A stretch of DNA of 63,887 bases, counting the filler, from a bacterium (lineage in GTDB: Bacteria > JACRDZ01 > JAQUKH01): NCBI GenBank assembly GCA_028719205.1. It is 3 parts of 3 records of this genome, joined end to end, with 100 filler letters (N's around TTAATTAATTAA, not from the genome) between each part and the next. Parts side by side here need not be neighbours in the genome. Positions count along the whole stretch, not along the records: positions 1 to 25,973 come from JAQUKH010000035.1; positions 26,074 to 49,775 come from JAQUKH010000036.1; 1 more part is not named here. The stretch is one strand, 5' to 3'. A program made the translations under genes and the position numbers. Each line of letters starts with the position of its first letter. The stretch's first letter is position 1. Below, in pieces: positions 17,919 through 29,300 of this stretch. The notes beneath the pieces were generated by a model. It was given only the letters and a program-made list of their open reading frames with translations. It searched no databases and was not told the origin of the DNA.

Positions 17919-20018
17919 ATGCCTGACAGGTTAAAACATAAAACAGATAAAAAGATATCACAGGGAAAATATTATCCCTTAGGAGCGACACTGCAAAAAG
18001 ACGGTGTTAATTTCGCGATTTATTCCCAGCACGCGGAGGATGTATTTCTTCTTTTATTTGATAATGCCGCCGGCGGGCCGACAGATGTAATAAAGATCGG
18101 GCATAGAGAAAAAAATGTCTGGCATGTTTTTGTGCATGGATTGAAAAAGGGGCAATTATACGGCTTTAAGGCCAGGGGTGAGTATAATCCCGGAAAAGGC
18201 ATGCGGTTCAATGAACATAAGCTTTTGATCGATCCTTACGCGAAAGCCCTGACCGGTAAATTTATAAATACAGACAATCTTCTTTTTGGATATGACGCGG
18301 ATCCTTTGAAGAAAGATCAAAAAAAAGATAATCGCGACAATATTCATATTGTTCCGAAATCAATTGTTATAGATGAAAATTTTGACTGGCAGAACGATTC
18401 CCATCCCGATATCCCGTTCGATAAATTAATAATCTATGAAGTGCACTTAAAAGGATTTACAGCGCATCCGTCCTCAGGGGTGAAACATCCCGGCACATAT
18501 CTGGGCTTTATTGAAAAAATCCCTTATCTTAAAAGTCTTGGGGTAAATGTGGTTGAATTTCTTCCTCTTCAGGAGTTTTATGCGGAGGATTTTCTGGTAA
18601 AAAAAGGGCTCACTAATTATTGGGGATATAACACAATAGGTTTTTTCAGCCCTGAATCATCGTATAGTTCAAAAAGTTTTCCGGGATGCCAGGCAGATGA
18701 GTTTAAAATTCTCGTTAGAGAGCTTCACAAGGCGGGACTTGAAGTGATAATGGATGTTGTTTATAACCATACAGGTGAGAGTGATGAGTTGGGCCCCACA
18801 GTTTGTTTCAGGGGAATAGATAATATTACATATTATTGCCTTAAGGGAGAAAAAGAGGAACCATATCGTTCCTACGCGAATTATTCCGGGTGCGGAAACA
18901 GCCTTAATCTGGCTAATCAGGCCGTTTTAGAATTTATAATGGATTCACTGCGTTATTGGGTGACAGTAATGCATGTGGATGGTTTCAGGTTTGACCTTGC
19001 TACAATTTTGGGGCGTAAAGACGGCCTCTTCCAGAAAACCGCGTCTTTCTTTGACGCGATCTCTCAGGATCCGGTTTTAAACAAGGTAAAACTGATCGCT
19101 GAGCCATGGGATATAGAAACATACCAGGTAGGGAATTTCCCCCCGGACTGGGCTGAATGGAACGGGAAATTCAGGGATACCGTGAGAATATTCGGAAGGG
19201 GAGATAATGGCATGATAAAAGATTTAAGTTTAAGATTATCAGGATCTTCTGATCTCTACCGTGATGACGGGAGGTCGCCTTATCACAGCATTAATTTTAT
19301 AACCAGCCATGACGGCCTGACACTGATCGACCTTGTTTCTTATAACAATAAACACAATGAATTAAATTTTGAGGACAGCAAAGACGGTATAAATGAAAAT
19401 TATTCCTGGAATTGCGGTGTGGAGGGAGAAACTGAGGATGCAAATATTGTAAGTTTCAGAAAACGGTTAATAAAAAATTATTTTTGTTATCTTTTGTTTT
19501 CCCTGGGAACGCCTATGATACTCGGAGGTGATGAATTCCTGCGTTCACAAAAAGGGAATAATAACGCGTATTGTCAGGATAATGAAATAAGCTGGTTTAA
19601 CTGGGAATTTATTTCAAAGAACAAAGATATTTTTGAATTTTGTAAAAAAGCTATTATTTTCAGAAAGAAACATATTAATTTGCAAAATAAAAAATTTATG
19701 GAAAAACTGCACGATAATGCTGACCTGATCATGAAGTGGTTTGGAAATGACGGATATGAGCCTTTATGGGATAACCAGGAGGCCCGGACTTTATGTTATG
19801 TTCTTGACGGTATTTTTGTAATATGCAACGCGGATAATAATTTGCAATATATTAAACTTCCTTGTCCTTCCGGCGGTAAAAAATGGTATAGAGTTATTGA
19901 TACAAGCCTTTCGGGCAATGAAGATTTTCTTGATGCCGGGAAAGAAATATTAATTGATCCGTCCGGTTATTATCTGGTTAATCCCAGAAGCACGGTTGTA
20001 ATTATAGAAAAAGGATAA
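17919..20018 (+). CDS. glgX: Glycogen debranching enzyme (GH13)
   Basis: YPLGAT, NYWGY, DVVYNH, DGFRFDLA, IAEPWD, SHDG. Confidence 0.95.
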   Translation: MPDRLKHKTDKKISQGKYYPLGATLQKDGVNFAIYSQHAEDVFLLLFDNAAGGPTDVIKIGHREKNVWHVFVHGLKKGQLYGFKARGEYNPGKGMRFNEHKLLIDPYAKALTGKFINTDNLLFGYDADPLKKDQKKDNRDNIHIVPKSIVIDENFDWQNDSHPDIPFDKLIIYEVHLKGFTAHPSSGVKHPGTYLGFIEKIPYLKSLGVNVVEFLPLQEFYAEDFLVKKGLTNYWGYNTIGFFSPESSYSSKSFPGCQADEFKILVRELHKAGLEVIMDVVYNHTGESDELGPTVCFRGIDNITYYCLKGEKEEPYRSYANYSGCGNSLNLANQAVLEFIMDSLRYWVTVMHVDGFRFDLATILGRKDGLFQKTASFFDAISQDPVLNKVKLIAEPWDIETYQVGNFPPDWAEWNGKFRDTVRIFGRGDNGMIKDLSLRLSGSSDLYRDDGRSPYHSINFITSHDGLTLIDLVSYNNKHNELNFEDSKDGINENYSWNCGVEGETEDANIVSFRKRLIKNYFCYLLFSLGTPMILGGDEFLRSQKGNNNAYCQDNEISWFNWEFISKNKDIFEFCKKAIIFRKKHINLQNKKFMEKLHDNADLIMKWFGNDGYEPLWDNQEARTLCYVLDGIFVICNADNNLQYIKLPCPSGGKKWYRVIDTSLSGNEDFLDAGKEILIDPSGYYLVNPRSTVVIIEKG

Positions 20019-20035
20019 TTGAAAGGAAGAGTCTG

Positions 20036-23000
20036 GTGAAAATAAAAATAACCTCAGTAATATTATTATTTATTTCCCTGTGTTTCAAAGGTTTATACGC
20101 GCAGCCTCCAAATATTCAATCGGTTTCTCCCCGTATGGGCAACAAGGCCGTTAAAACTGAAATAATTCTTACCGGCGAAAATTTTGATACTTCATGCAGG
20201 GTATATATTGAAGCCGGAGGCCCTTACCTGGCAGGTGGTTTGGAAACCAAAGGAAGAGGCTCCAGTGTCTATATATCCGGCTTTTACGCGTATGTCGCGG
20301 ATGCCTGGGAAGGGCTGCATATTATAGATATCAGCGACCCTTTTAACCCGAAAATGGTAAGCAGTGTAGATACTCCCGGTTACGCGTTTAGCGTTTTTAT
20401 TTCAGGTAATTACGCGTATGTCGCGGATTGGAACGCGGGATTACAAATTATAGATATCAGCGACGTTCGTTATCCCAGTATAGTAGGGCATTTGGATACT
20501 TTAGGCCGCGCGATAAAAGTATTTGTATCAGGTAATAATATTTGTGTTTTAGATGAAAGCGCCGGGATGCAAATTATAGACGCAAGTTACCCTTTTACCC
20601 CCAGCATTATAGGCAGCGTGGGAATCAGTAATAGCGCGACAGGATTATATGTATCAGGTGATTATGCTTATGTGTCAGACAAAGAAACGGGATTATATGT
20701 AATAGATATAAGTAATCCAGCAAATCCTTCTATTAAAGGACAAGTAGCCACTTCGGGATGCGCTTCGGGAGTTTATGTATCAGGCCGTTACGCCTATGTC
20801 GCGGATGGAATAGCAGGATTAGAGATAATAAATTTAAATAATCCTGCCAATCCTGTTATTGAAGGCCATATCAATATTCAAGGCAGCGCGCTTGGAATAT
20901 ATGTATCCGGTAATTACGCTTATGTCGCGGAAAAAGATAACGGGCTGCAAATTATAGATATAAGTGACCGCGTTAAACCTAACATAGTGAGTATGCTGAA
21001 CATTGCAGGCGCGAGAGAAATTTTTGTTTCGGGTAATCATGCGTATATAATCGAAGGATCGGGTTTAAAGATTGTAAATATCGGCAGTCCGGTGGATCCC
21101 AGCCTTATAGATATTATCGATACTGAGTCTGAAGATTCACACATTGCTCCGCAAAAATTAAAAACGGATAAAGGGGCCTTGAAATTTAACGTAACGGGGG
21201 CTATAAATACAGGTGGTAACGCGGTTGGAGTACATATATCAGATAAGTATGCTTATGTGGTGGATTGGCAAACAGGATTTAAGTTAATAGATATAAGTGA
21301 CCCTGCCTATCCCGTTATAAAAAGCAGTGTCCAGATTGATTGCGCGTGGGGAGTAGAGATATCAGGCAATTATGCTTTGATAGCGGATGGAATGGCGGGA
21401 TTGAAAATAATAAATGTAAGCGATCCGAATAATCCGGTTATAGCCGGAAGTTTAAATACCGGGGGTAACGCGGTTGCTGTTTTTGTAAAAGATAATTACG
21501 CGTATGTTGCCAATGAGGGGGGAGAATTAAAAATAATAGATATAACCAGTCCTGATAATCCTGTTATAAAAGCCAGTTTAGCTACTCCCGGTTCCTTAAA
21601 AGGGGTTTGGGTATCGGATAAATTCGCGTATATCGCGGATGGAGAAAAAGGTTTAACGGTAATAGAAATAAGTAATCCCCTCAAACCTGTGATTAAAAGC
21701 AATGTTAATATTTCAGGTGAAACCCGGGGGATATATGTATCAGGTAATTATGCCTATGTTAGTGCCGGAAATAATGGATTAGTCATAATAGATATAAGCG
21801 ATTCCTCTAAACCTATTGTAATGGGCAGTATAACAATTGATTACGCGTGGGGAGTTTTTGTTTCGGGTAAATATGCTTATATAGCAAACAGTTTAAAAGG
21901 ATTATCGGTAATAGATATAAGCAATCCGAATAATCCAAAATTAATAAGTAATATTAATATGCCAAGTAGCGCGGTTGGGGTTCATGTAATAGGAAATTAT
22001 GCCTACGTTGCGAATTGGGACGCGGGATTGACGGTAATAGATATAAGCGCTCTGGCTAACTTTGATTTTTCAAATGAAAATAAAAAAGATACTTTCCAAT
22101 CTTATGGAAATATAAATGGGCTCTATGCGACAGATGATTATGCTTATGTTGTAAATAATAATACAGGATTTAATATCGTTAAAATAGGTGCTCCGGCTAA
22201 TTCTAAATTAATAACCAGTGATAAAAAACAGAATAGGGCATATGAGATCAGTGTATCGCGTAATTATGCCTATATCGCGAACGGGAAAGACGGATTGCAG
22301 ATAATGGATGTGATAAATCCGTTCAATACCAAAATAAAAGGAAATTTAGAAATTGATGGAAATACAGTTTGTGTTTTTACAGCGGGTAATTACGCGTATG
22401 TTTCAAGTGACGAGGGTTTTTTTAGGATTTTAAATATAAATGATCCTAATAATCCTAAAATCGTCGGCAATATTAATAATAATTACTGTCCCTTTGAGAT
22501 TGTTGCCGCTGGAAATTATATATATGCCGCGGACGGATTATCAGGATTAGGGATAATAAATATAAATAACCGGACTGAGCCTAAAATTGCCGGCCGTATC
22601 AGCACTGATGGAAATGTAGCGGGAGTAGATATAGCCGGTAATTATGCCTATGTCGCGGATGGGAATGCCGGATTTAAGGTGCTGGATATACAACATAGCA
22701 GGACTGAGGGAAATAGGGTATTAAGCAGTATTGGAACCCCGGGTTACGCGAATGGGGTTTGTGTGTCAGATGATTTTGCCTATGTCGCGGACGAAAGAGG
22801 CGGGCTTCAGATAATAGATATAAATGATCCCGCTTATCCGGTATTAGCAGGTTATGTGAATGCTTATTACGCGACAGAAGTATTTACATCGCCTAAATAT
22901 ATATATGTCGCTGATGGAGATTCGCTGCTCGTGCTGCATAAATTAAGCACAAGTGATTTTCTTCGCCAGACAAAAGTAATTAGCAATAAAATAATAAAGG

Positions 23001-23113
23001 CTATAGTCCCGGAGGGGTTAATTCCCGGCAAATACAACATAAAGATAATAAATTCCTTAAATGAGCAAACTATCCTTCATAACGAGTTTATTCTTGCCGC
23101 TTCAGATAAGTGA
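20036..23113 (+). CDS. Secreted LVIVD-repeat protein (21 repeats) inside a split IPT/TIG domain
   Basis: Signal peptide; about 42-aa repeats V.VSGNYAYVAD...GL.IIDIS.P in three blocks of seven. Confidence 0.85.
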   Translation: MKIKITSVILLFISLCFKGLYAQPPNIQSVSPRMGNKAVKTEIILTGENFDTSCRVYIEAGGPYLAGGLETKGRGSSVYISGFYAYVADAWEGLHIIDISDPFNPKMVSSVDTPGYAFSVFISGNYAYVADWNAGLQIIDISDVRYPSIVGHLDTLGRAIKVFVSGNNICVLDESAGMQIIDASYPFTPSIIGSVGISNSATGLYVSGDYAYVSDKETGLYVIDISNPANPSIKGQVATSGCASGVYVSGRYAYVADGIAGLEIINLNNPANPVIEGHINIQGSALGIYVSGNYAYVAEKDNGLQIIDISDRVKPNIVSMLNIAGAREIFVSGNHAYIIEGSGLKIVNIGSPVDPSLIDIIDTESEDSHIAPQKLKTDKGALKFNVTGAINTGGNAVGVHISDKYAYVVDWQTGFKLIDISDPAYPVIKSSVQIDCAWGVEISGNYALIADGMAGLKIINVSDPNNPVIAGSLNTGGNAVAVFVKDNYAYVANEGGELKIIDITSPDNPVIKASLATPGSLKGVWVSDKFAYIADGEKGLTVIEISNPLKPVIKSNVNISGETRGIYVSGNYAYVSAGNNGLVIIDISDSSKPIVMGSITIDYAWGVFVSGKYAYIANSLKGLSVIDISNPNNPKLISNINMPSSAVGVHVIGNYAYVANWDAGLTVIDISALANFDFSNENKKDTFQSYGNINGLYATDDYAYVVNNNTGFNIVKIGAPANSKLITSDKKQNRAYEISVSRNYAYIANGKDGLQIMDVINPFNTKIKGNLEIDGNTVCVFTAGNYAYVSSDEGFFRILNINDPNNPKIVGNINNNYCPFEIVAAGNYIYAADGLSGLGIININNRTEPKIAGRISTDGNVAGVDIAGNYAYVADGNAGFKVLDIQHSRTEGNRVLSSIGTPGYANGVCVSDDFAYVADERGGLQIIDINDPAYPVLAGYVNAYYATEVFTSPKYIYVADGDSLLVLHKLSTSDFLRQTKVISNKIIKAIVPEGLIPGKYNIKIINSLNEQTILHNEFILAASDK

Positions 23114-23202
23114 GCCGAAGGCCCTGTTAGTTTTATTTTTAATTTGATTTATGGGGTTTTGTGGTAATATTTAGGCTGTAAGGATGGTTTCAAGGGGTAA
23201 AA

Positions 23203-24771
23203 ATGCAAAAGGAAATTAATATTCTTATAGTGGATGATGACGCGGTGTTTTGTCAGCTTCTGATAGATATTTTCAGTGAAAATAATTGTAAGCTGGTAAA
23301 TGTAGGAAGTATTGCCCTTGCCAAAAATGAGTTATCGAAAAAATTTTATAACATTATTTTACTTGACCTAAAGCTCCCTGATGGTTCAGGATTGGATCTG
23401 ATAAAATACATAAAAAAAATAAATGAAGACATAGCCATAATTGTTTTCACAGGGTTCGCGTCATTAGAGACTTCAATCTCCGCTATGAACGAAGGTGCCT
23501 TTTCTTATATGAAAAAGCCGGTTAATATTGATGAACTTAAGGTAATAATCAGTAAAGCTCTTAAAATGCAGGAACTTTCTTATAAGAATAAAGAATTGCT
23601 GATCAGGCTGAAAGAGCTTAGCTTGAAAGATTCTCTGACAGGTTTATATAATTATGGATATATGACAGAAAGGTTATCTTCTGAACTTAAAAGAGCAAGA
23701 AGGTATGCTCTGCCTTTTTCAATTATTATGATGGATCTGGATTATTTTAAATCCGTTAATGATACTTACGGACACGAATTTGGAGATCTTGTCTTGAGGG
23801 AGTTAGCGCATTTCTTAAAAAAATCCGCGAGAAGCAATGATGTTGTTGTGAGGTATGGCGGTGAGGAATTTGTTGTGCTTATGCCAGATACAGACAAAGA
23901 AGGCGCTATTAAATTCGGCAGGCAGTTGCTGTCATCAATAAGAGAGCTCAACTTTAAAGATAAAGATAAAAATATAAAGATCAAATTAAGTATGGGAATA
24001 ATAAGTTTTCCCGATGACGGGGTTGAGGAAGATTCTGATTTTTTGAGTCTGGTGGACCGTGTCGTGCGCTATATTAAAGAAACAGGAGGAGACAGGTTAT
24101 GTACCTTTGAAATGATAGATACAAAGGATTTGAAATCTATTGGAGAAGAGAACGTTCCTGTTGATATAAATAAATTAAAACAAAAACTTTCCAGAATGGA
24201 GGATAGGGTAAGCCATGCTCTGTTAGAATTGCTTTATGGTTTTGCCAGAAAAGCGGAATCTAATGATAGTTATTCTAATGACCATATTGAAAAAATGGTT
24301 TTAATAGTCACAAAAATCGGAAAAGAAATGGCTCTTTCTGCCAGGGAAATGGAGACTTTGAAGTATGCCGCTATGTTTCATGACTTAGGTAAGATAGCGG
24401 TTCCAAATAAAATTTTGCAAAAAGGCGGAAAGCTTACCGTAAGTGAATATAATAAGGCGAAAAAACACCCGGAAATCGGGGCGGATATTATTAAAGGCGC
24501 TATTTTTTTGAAGGATATAGTTCCAATAATTTATCATCACCATAAAAGATTTGATGATACAAAAATTTCCAAGCGTGATATCCATAAAGAAATACCCTTA
24601 GGCGCAAAAATTGTGGGAATAGCGGATGTATATCTGGCATTGATCTCGGACAGGCCGTATCGAAAAGCCCATAGTAAGGATGAAGCTTTAAAGATCATCA
24701 AAGAAAATTCCGGCAAACTATTTGATCCGAAGATAGTTAAAATATTTTTAAAAATATTGGAATCTATTTAA
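23203..24771 (+). CDS. Response regulator with GGDEF and HD-GYP-like domains
   Basis: REC (VDDD, LDLKLPD, KP), GGEEF with RxxD I-site, HDLGK. The GYP loop is absent. Confidence 0.9.
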   Translation: MQKEINILIVDDDAVFCQLLIDIFSENNCKLVNVGSIALAKNELSKKFYNIILLDLKLPDGSGLDLIKYIKKINEDIAIIVFTGFASLETSISAMNEGAFSYMKKPVNIDELKVIISKALKMQELSYKNKELLIRLKELSLKDSLTGLYNYGYMTERLSSELKRARRYALPFSIIMMDLDYFKSVNDTYGHEFGDLVLRELAHFLKKSARSNDVVVRYGGEEFVVLMPDTDKEGAIKFGRQLLSSIRELNFKDKDKNIKIKLSMGIISFPDDGVEEDSDFLSLVDRVVRYIKETGGDRLCTFEMIDTKDLKSIGEENVPVDINKLKQKLSRMEDRVSHALLELLYGFARKAESNDSYSNDHIEKMVLIVTKIGKEMALSAREMETLKYAAMFHDLGKIAVPNKILQKGGKLTVSEYNKAKKHPEIGADIIKGAIFLKDIVPIIYHHHKRFDDTKISKRDIHKEIPLGAKIVGIADVYLALISDRPYRKAHSKDEALKIIKENSGKLFDPKIVKIFLKILESI

Positions 24772-24781
24772 GGAGTACGGA

Positions 24782-25973
24782 TTGTCTTACAAAAATATTT
24801 TAATTCCCAATTATGAAATTATTGAAAAACTCGGGGAGAGTTCTCAATCGATTGTTTACAAAGCTTTTAATAAAAAAGACCCTCAAAAATTATTGGTTAT
24901 TAAAGTTCTAAAAGTAGGCTATCTTCAGGAACATCAAAAATTGCATTTCCAGCAGAAGATCGAAAGGCTGAAAGTTTTAACTGATCCGATGCTTTTAAGG
25001 CCGTTGTTTTTTGGCGTATCTGATGGTGTTCAATATATTGTAAGGGAATACTTTGACGGGATTCCTCTTGATGCCTGGGCGGAAGCGCAGGATAAAATAA
25101 GTTTAAAAGATTTTTTTACAATAAGCTGTCTTTTGGCGCAGGCAATCAGTAAAATCCAGGAAGCCGGTATCATTCACGGAGGTTTTAAACCCCACAATAT
25201 TTTAATACATCCAAAGAGCCTTGATATAAAAATCAGCGGTTTTATTTCATCTCTGGATGTCAGGGAAGTCAGCCATTTTATTTATGACCATTTTTTTGTA
25301 AAAGGCACGCTCGCGTATACGTCGCCGGAGCAAACCGGACGGATAAATCACAGGGTGGGTTTTTCTTCAGATCTTTATTCTTTAGGAATTATTTTTTATG
25401 AACTTTTGACCCGAAGGCTTCCTTTTTTCTCGCTGGACCCTCTGGAATTAATTCATTCGCATTTAGCGGAAGAATCGCCAAATCTCAGTGATTTGGATCC
25501 TAAAATTCCTAAAATTCTAAGCAAGATAGTGACAAAATTAATATTTAAGCAGCCTGAAAAACGTTATCAGAGCGGTACAGGATTGCTTGCCGACCTCCTC
25601 CAGTGCCAGAATGAATATTTAACCAAAGGAACTATTTCTGAGTTTGCCCTGGGGAACTATGATTATACGCGGCGTGTTACATTTGTTTCAAAAATAGTAG
25701 GGCGCGACAATGAAGCAAAAATGATCCTGGATGAATATGAGGAAGTTTCAAAGGGTTCTTTCCGTTCAATGTTTATTTCCGGTTTGCCCGGTATCGGTAA
25801 GACCCGTTTAATACAGGAACTTCAAAGGCCTATTATAAAGCGGCGGTGTTATTTTGTTTCAGGAAAATTTGATCTATACCAGAAAAATATTCCCTATAGC
25901 GCTCTTATCCAGAGCTTAAGAAATTTAATCAGGACCTATTTAACGGAAAGCGATAAACGGGTTGAGACCTGGA
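24782..25973 (+). CDS. Ser/Thr kinase-like plus AAA ATPase sensor protein, truncated by contig end
   Basis: GTLAYTSPEQTGR, DLYSLG, VGRDNE and Walker A GLPGIGKT. Confidence 0.85.
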
Positions 25974-26073
25974 NNNNNNNNNNNNNNNNNNNNNNNNNNN
26001 NNNNNNNNNNNNNNNNNTTAATTAATTAANNNNNNNNNNNNNNNNNNNNNNNNNNNNNNNNNNNNNNNNNNNN
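25974..26073. other. Artificial contig spacer
   Basis: 100 nt of N with a central TTAATTAATTAA (stops in all frames). Confidence 0.97.
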
Positions 26074-26164
26074 TTGACGGAGCGGCAAATGCAACGGCGG
26101 ATAAAAATGTAATTATCAGAACTAAGGCACAAAAGATACTTTTTGTACTGCGTTTTAAAACCAT
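26074..26164 (-). CDS. Start of an exported protein, truncated by contig end
   Basis: SD AAGGGGG, then MVLKRSTKSIFCALVLIITFLSAVAFAAPS (Sec signal with AFA cleavage site). Confidence 0.6.
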
Positions 26165-26210
26165 TTAGCCCCCCTTTTTGGTTTTGTTTAAAAAATCATG
26201 TTATTAAACT

Positions 26211-26243
26211 AAAAAGGCCAGCCGTTTACCAAACGACTGGCCT
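26211..26243 (-). terminator. Intrinsic terminator downstream of the sbcC-like gene
   Basis: Stem AGGCCAGTCGTTT/AAACGGCTGGCCT followed by a T run on the minus strand. Confidence 0.7.
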
Positions 26244-26358
26244 CAGTAAGCATGTTTCTCATTTAAGAATTAACTTGCCCTTTTGTTATCTCATAATATT
26301 ATCAACTAAATTTATTTTCTACCTATTCGTATTATTTGTCAAGTACTATTTTTAATTC

Positions 26359-29300
26359 CTATTGTTTAACCTTACCGTCAACCATTTCGATTTTATTTGA
26401 AAATTCTTCTTCCAGTTCTTTAAAATGGCTGATAATAAATATCTGGTCAAAGGCATCGGATAATTCACCTGTTATAAGCAGTTTAACCAACGCATCCCTT
26501 CTTTCTTCATCAAAGGCGCTTATCGGTTCGTCAAGGAATATAAAAGACGGAGCCGCGCCTAGTTCTTCGGGCAGTGTCGCGAGCGCGAATGAAAGCCTTA
26601 AAGCCAAAGAAATCTGGTCTTTTGTACCACCGCTGAACATTTTTTTAGGAATGTAAGTATTTGCCTGGTCATCAAACATTTCCAGGCGGTAATCAGAAGG
26701 ATCGATTCTTACATCCATATACCTGTCCGCGGTCATATATGGAATTAACCGGGCCATATTCAGTTCACATCTTGGAAGTACATCCTCAAAAATCCTTTTT
26801 CTTGTGGTAACCAGTATTTCTCTTGCTTTTGACATTACCTCTGAAGTCTTTCTCATTTTATTTAATCCGTCTTCACCTTTATCCAGTTCTTTTTTTGTTA
26901 AACTTACGCCTGCACTCCTTATTTCATCTCTTTTCAGGGTGCAAAATCTGATTGTTCCTATTAGATCCTCTTTCTTCGCTAAAAATTCGGCTTTTTTAGT
27001 TCTATCAATATTTTGTCCATGCAATTTTTCACTGATAAATATCAATCTTTTTTCACTATTATCTTTATTGATTATTTCCAGCTTTAACCTTGACTCTTTT
27101 TGCAGTTTTAAATCATTTAATTCTTTTTTTGATTCAAGTTCAGAACGGTCCTTTTCAATCTCTTTCATTATGTAACCCATTTGTTCAATGATTTTTTCAG
27201 GATCATTGCCAAGTTTATATTTCTCACTAAGTGTATTTAGTTTCTTTATATATTCATTTTTTTCTTCTTTCATAAATTCAATATCTTTTTTTAAAGTATC
27301 AACATCCAGCTGAACATTTTCTCCGACAATTTCCTGAGCTTCTTTCATATATCCTTCAATAAGAAATTTATGATCCTTGATCTTGGATTCCAAAAGCGCT
27401 AAATTTTTAGAAGTATCCATTAAAGAACCCGGCATATATGTACTTTGCAAAGATATTACTTTGCTTTTAACATTTGCCAGAATTTCATTATTTTCCGATA
27501 TATCAAGCAAATCCAGATCTTTTTCAGGCAAAAATGTTTTCAGTACCGGATGCGCGATTACCATTTTTTCCAGTTCTGTTTTATGTGATAAATACAATTT
27601 ATTTTTCTCCGCCAATTGCGATTCTATGGCGGTTATTCTTCCGCTGTCTTCGATTTGCCTCTCTATTTCTTTTTCAACCCGGACAATCTCCGATTCAATT
27701 TTCACATTATCATCATTATTAAATGAAGACTTTTTCGTTAACTCACCTATTTGCGCATTTATAGCACGCTCTTTTTCCATAAAAATATTCAGATCATTAT
27801 CGATCTTTTCAGGGGTTGTTTCTCCTGAAAATTCATCCAGGACAAAATCTTCTTCTATATGCTTTATATGTGATTCAATTTCGAGAAGATTCTCTTTGAT
27901 CTGATTAACTTTTTCTTCAATATCATCTTTCTTTAAACCGCCAAAAGCATTTTCAATTTCCTTTATCCTGTTCCTGCCGGCTTCTAAACTGGATGGAACA
28001 GAAACGCCCTTTTTTTTCATCAAATCTTCCAGCTCATTTTTTGCTTCTGAATCACTTATTTGCTCGCTGACATCCTGTTTCCGGCCATCAAGTTTAGATA
28101 GATTTTCCTTAATATTCCTGATACTCTTTAGTTTTTCTGAAATTTCTGAGGAATAGGCCATGATTATTTTTTTATCTAAATAGGCCCTGTACAATAATAG
28201 TAATCCCAGCACACCGCTGAATATTCTTAAATACCACGGGATAACGCCTATGTTAATAACCACTATTATAAAACTCATAACCACTATTAAAATATACGAA
28301 TAAATTCTTTTATTTAATTCCTTGGAATCTGTCTCTAATTTTTCAACAGCATAATTGATATCTGCTATTTCCTGTTCTTTTGAATGGATCTCTTTTGTAA
28401 TTGAAGCTTTTTTATCAAAAGATGAGGATATTTTCTCCCATAAAGACAGCAAATCTTTTTCCTTAAAACTATCTGTTTTTGCTCTTATACTCTTTAATTC
28501 AGCAAGCAATATTTCTTCATTTTTCTTAAATTCTATTATTTCCTTTTCCTTGTTTTTCCGCAGTATTTTACCCTCAATAAAATATTTTTCTTTGAAACTT
28601 TCCTTCAGGTTTTTAAGGTCTTTTAATCTATTCTGTAATAAATCAATATTTTTACCTTTACTTGACCAATCTTTTATATCTTTTTTCCTTTCAGCCAGGT
28701 CAAGCTTTTCCTGAAGCAATCTTTCAATTAAAGGCAATACTTTCTCTAAAGCATCCTTTATCTCCCTGATTTCTCTATATGCTTCTTCTTTATCCTGTAA
28801 TTCATCTTTAACCATAGAGAGTTCTTGTATCATCTTTTCTTTGTGTACAATTCCATTTGTATTTTCTTCAATAAATTCAGTTAAATAAGATAATTTTTTT
28901 ATGGATCCTTCTTTTTTACCTATCTGGGTTATAATATTCTTCATTTCCCCCATAGAATTCAGATCTTGCTGTTTTTTCTCCAGATTTATCTTATCAATTA
29001 TATTTAAATTTTTTTCCAGGTCACGCAGGTCATTTTCAAGATATTTAATTTCGGATTCTTCCTGTTTTATCCTATCTACAAGTATTTCTTTTTCATCCTG
29101 CAGGCTTAAAAAATCCAGATAATTATCAAGATCTTCTTTTTCCTTTGTGATAACAGGCAATTTTTTAAGAATAGACATTAGTTCTTTTTTCTTTTCAATT
29201 AATTTAAGGTCATTTTCCAGGCTATTACATTCTTCTTTTAATTTTTCTTCAAGACAAATAAAAGCATCCATATTTAAAAGCTTAGCGATCGCTTTTTCTC

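Noticed and set aside
25974-26073. TTAATTAATTAA inside N runs (also 49776-49875) as a biological repeat
   Set aside because: Identical 100-nt layout twice with stops in all frames: a contig-joining linker. No linkage is inferred across it, and the ORF 24782..26029 ends artificially.
26165-26340. Riboswitch ahead of the exported-protein gene
   Set aside because: Only a terminator hairpin is evident; I recognise no aptamer consensus.
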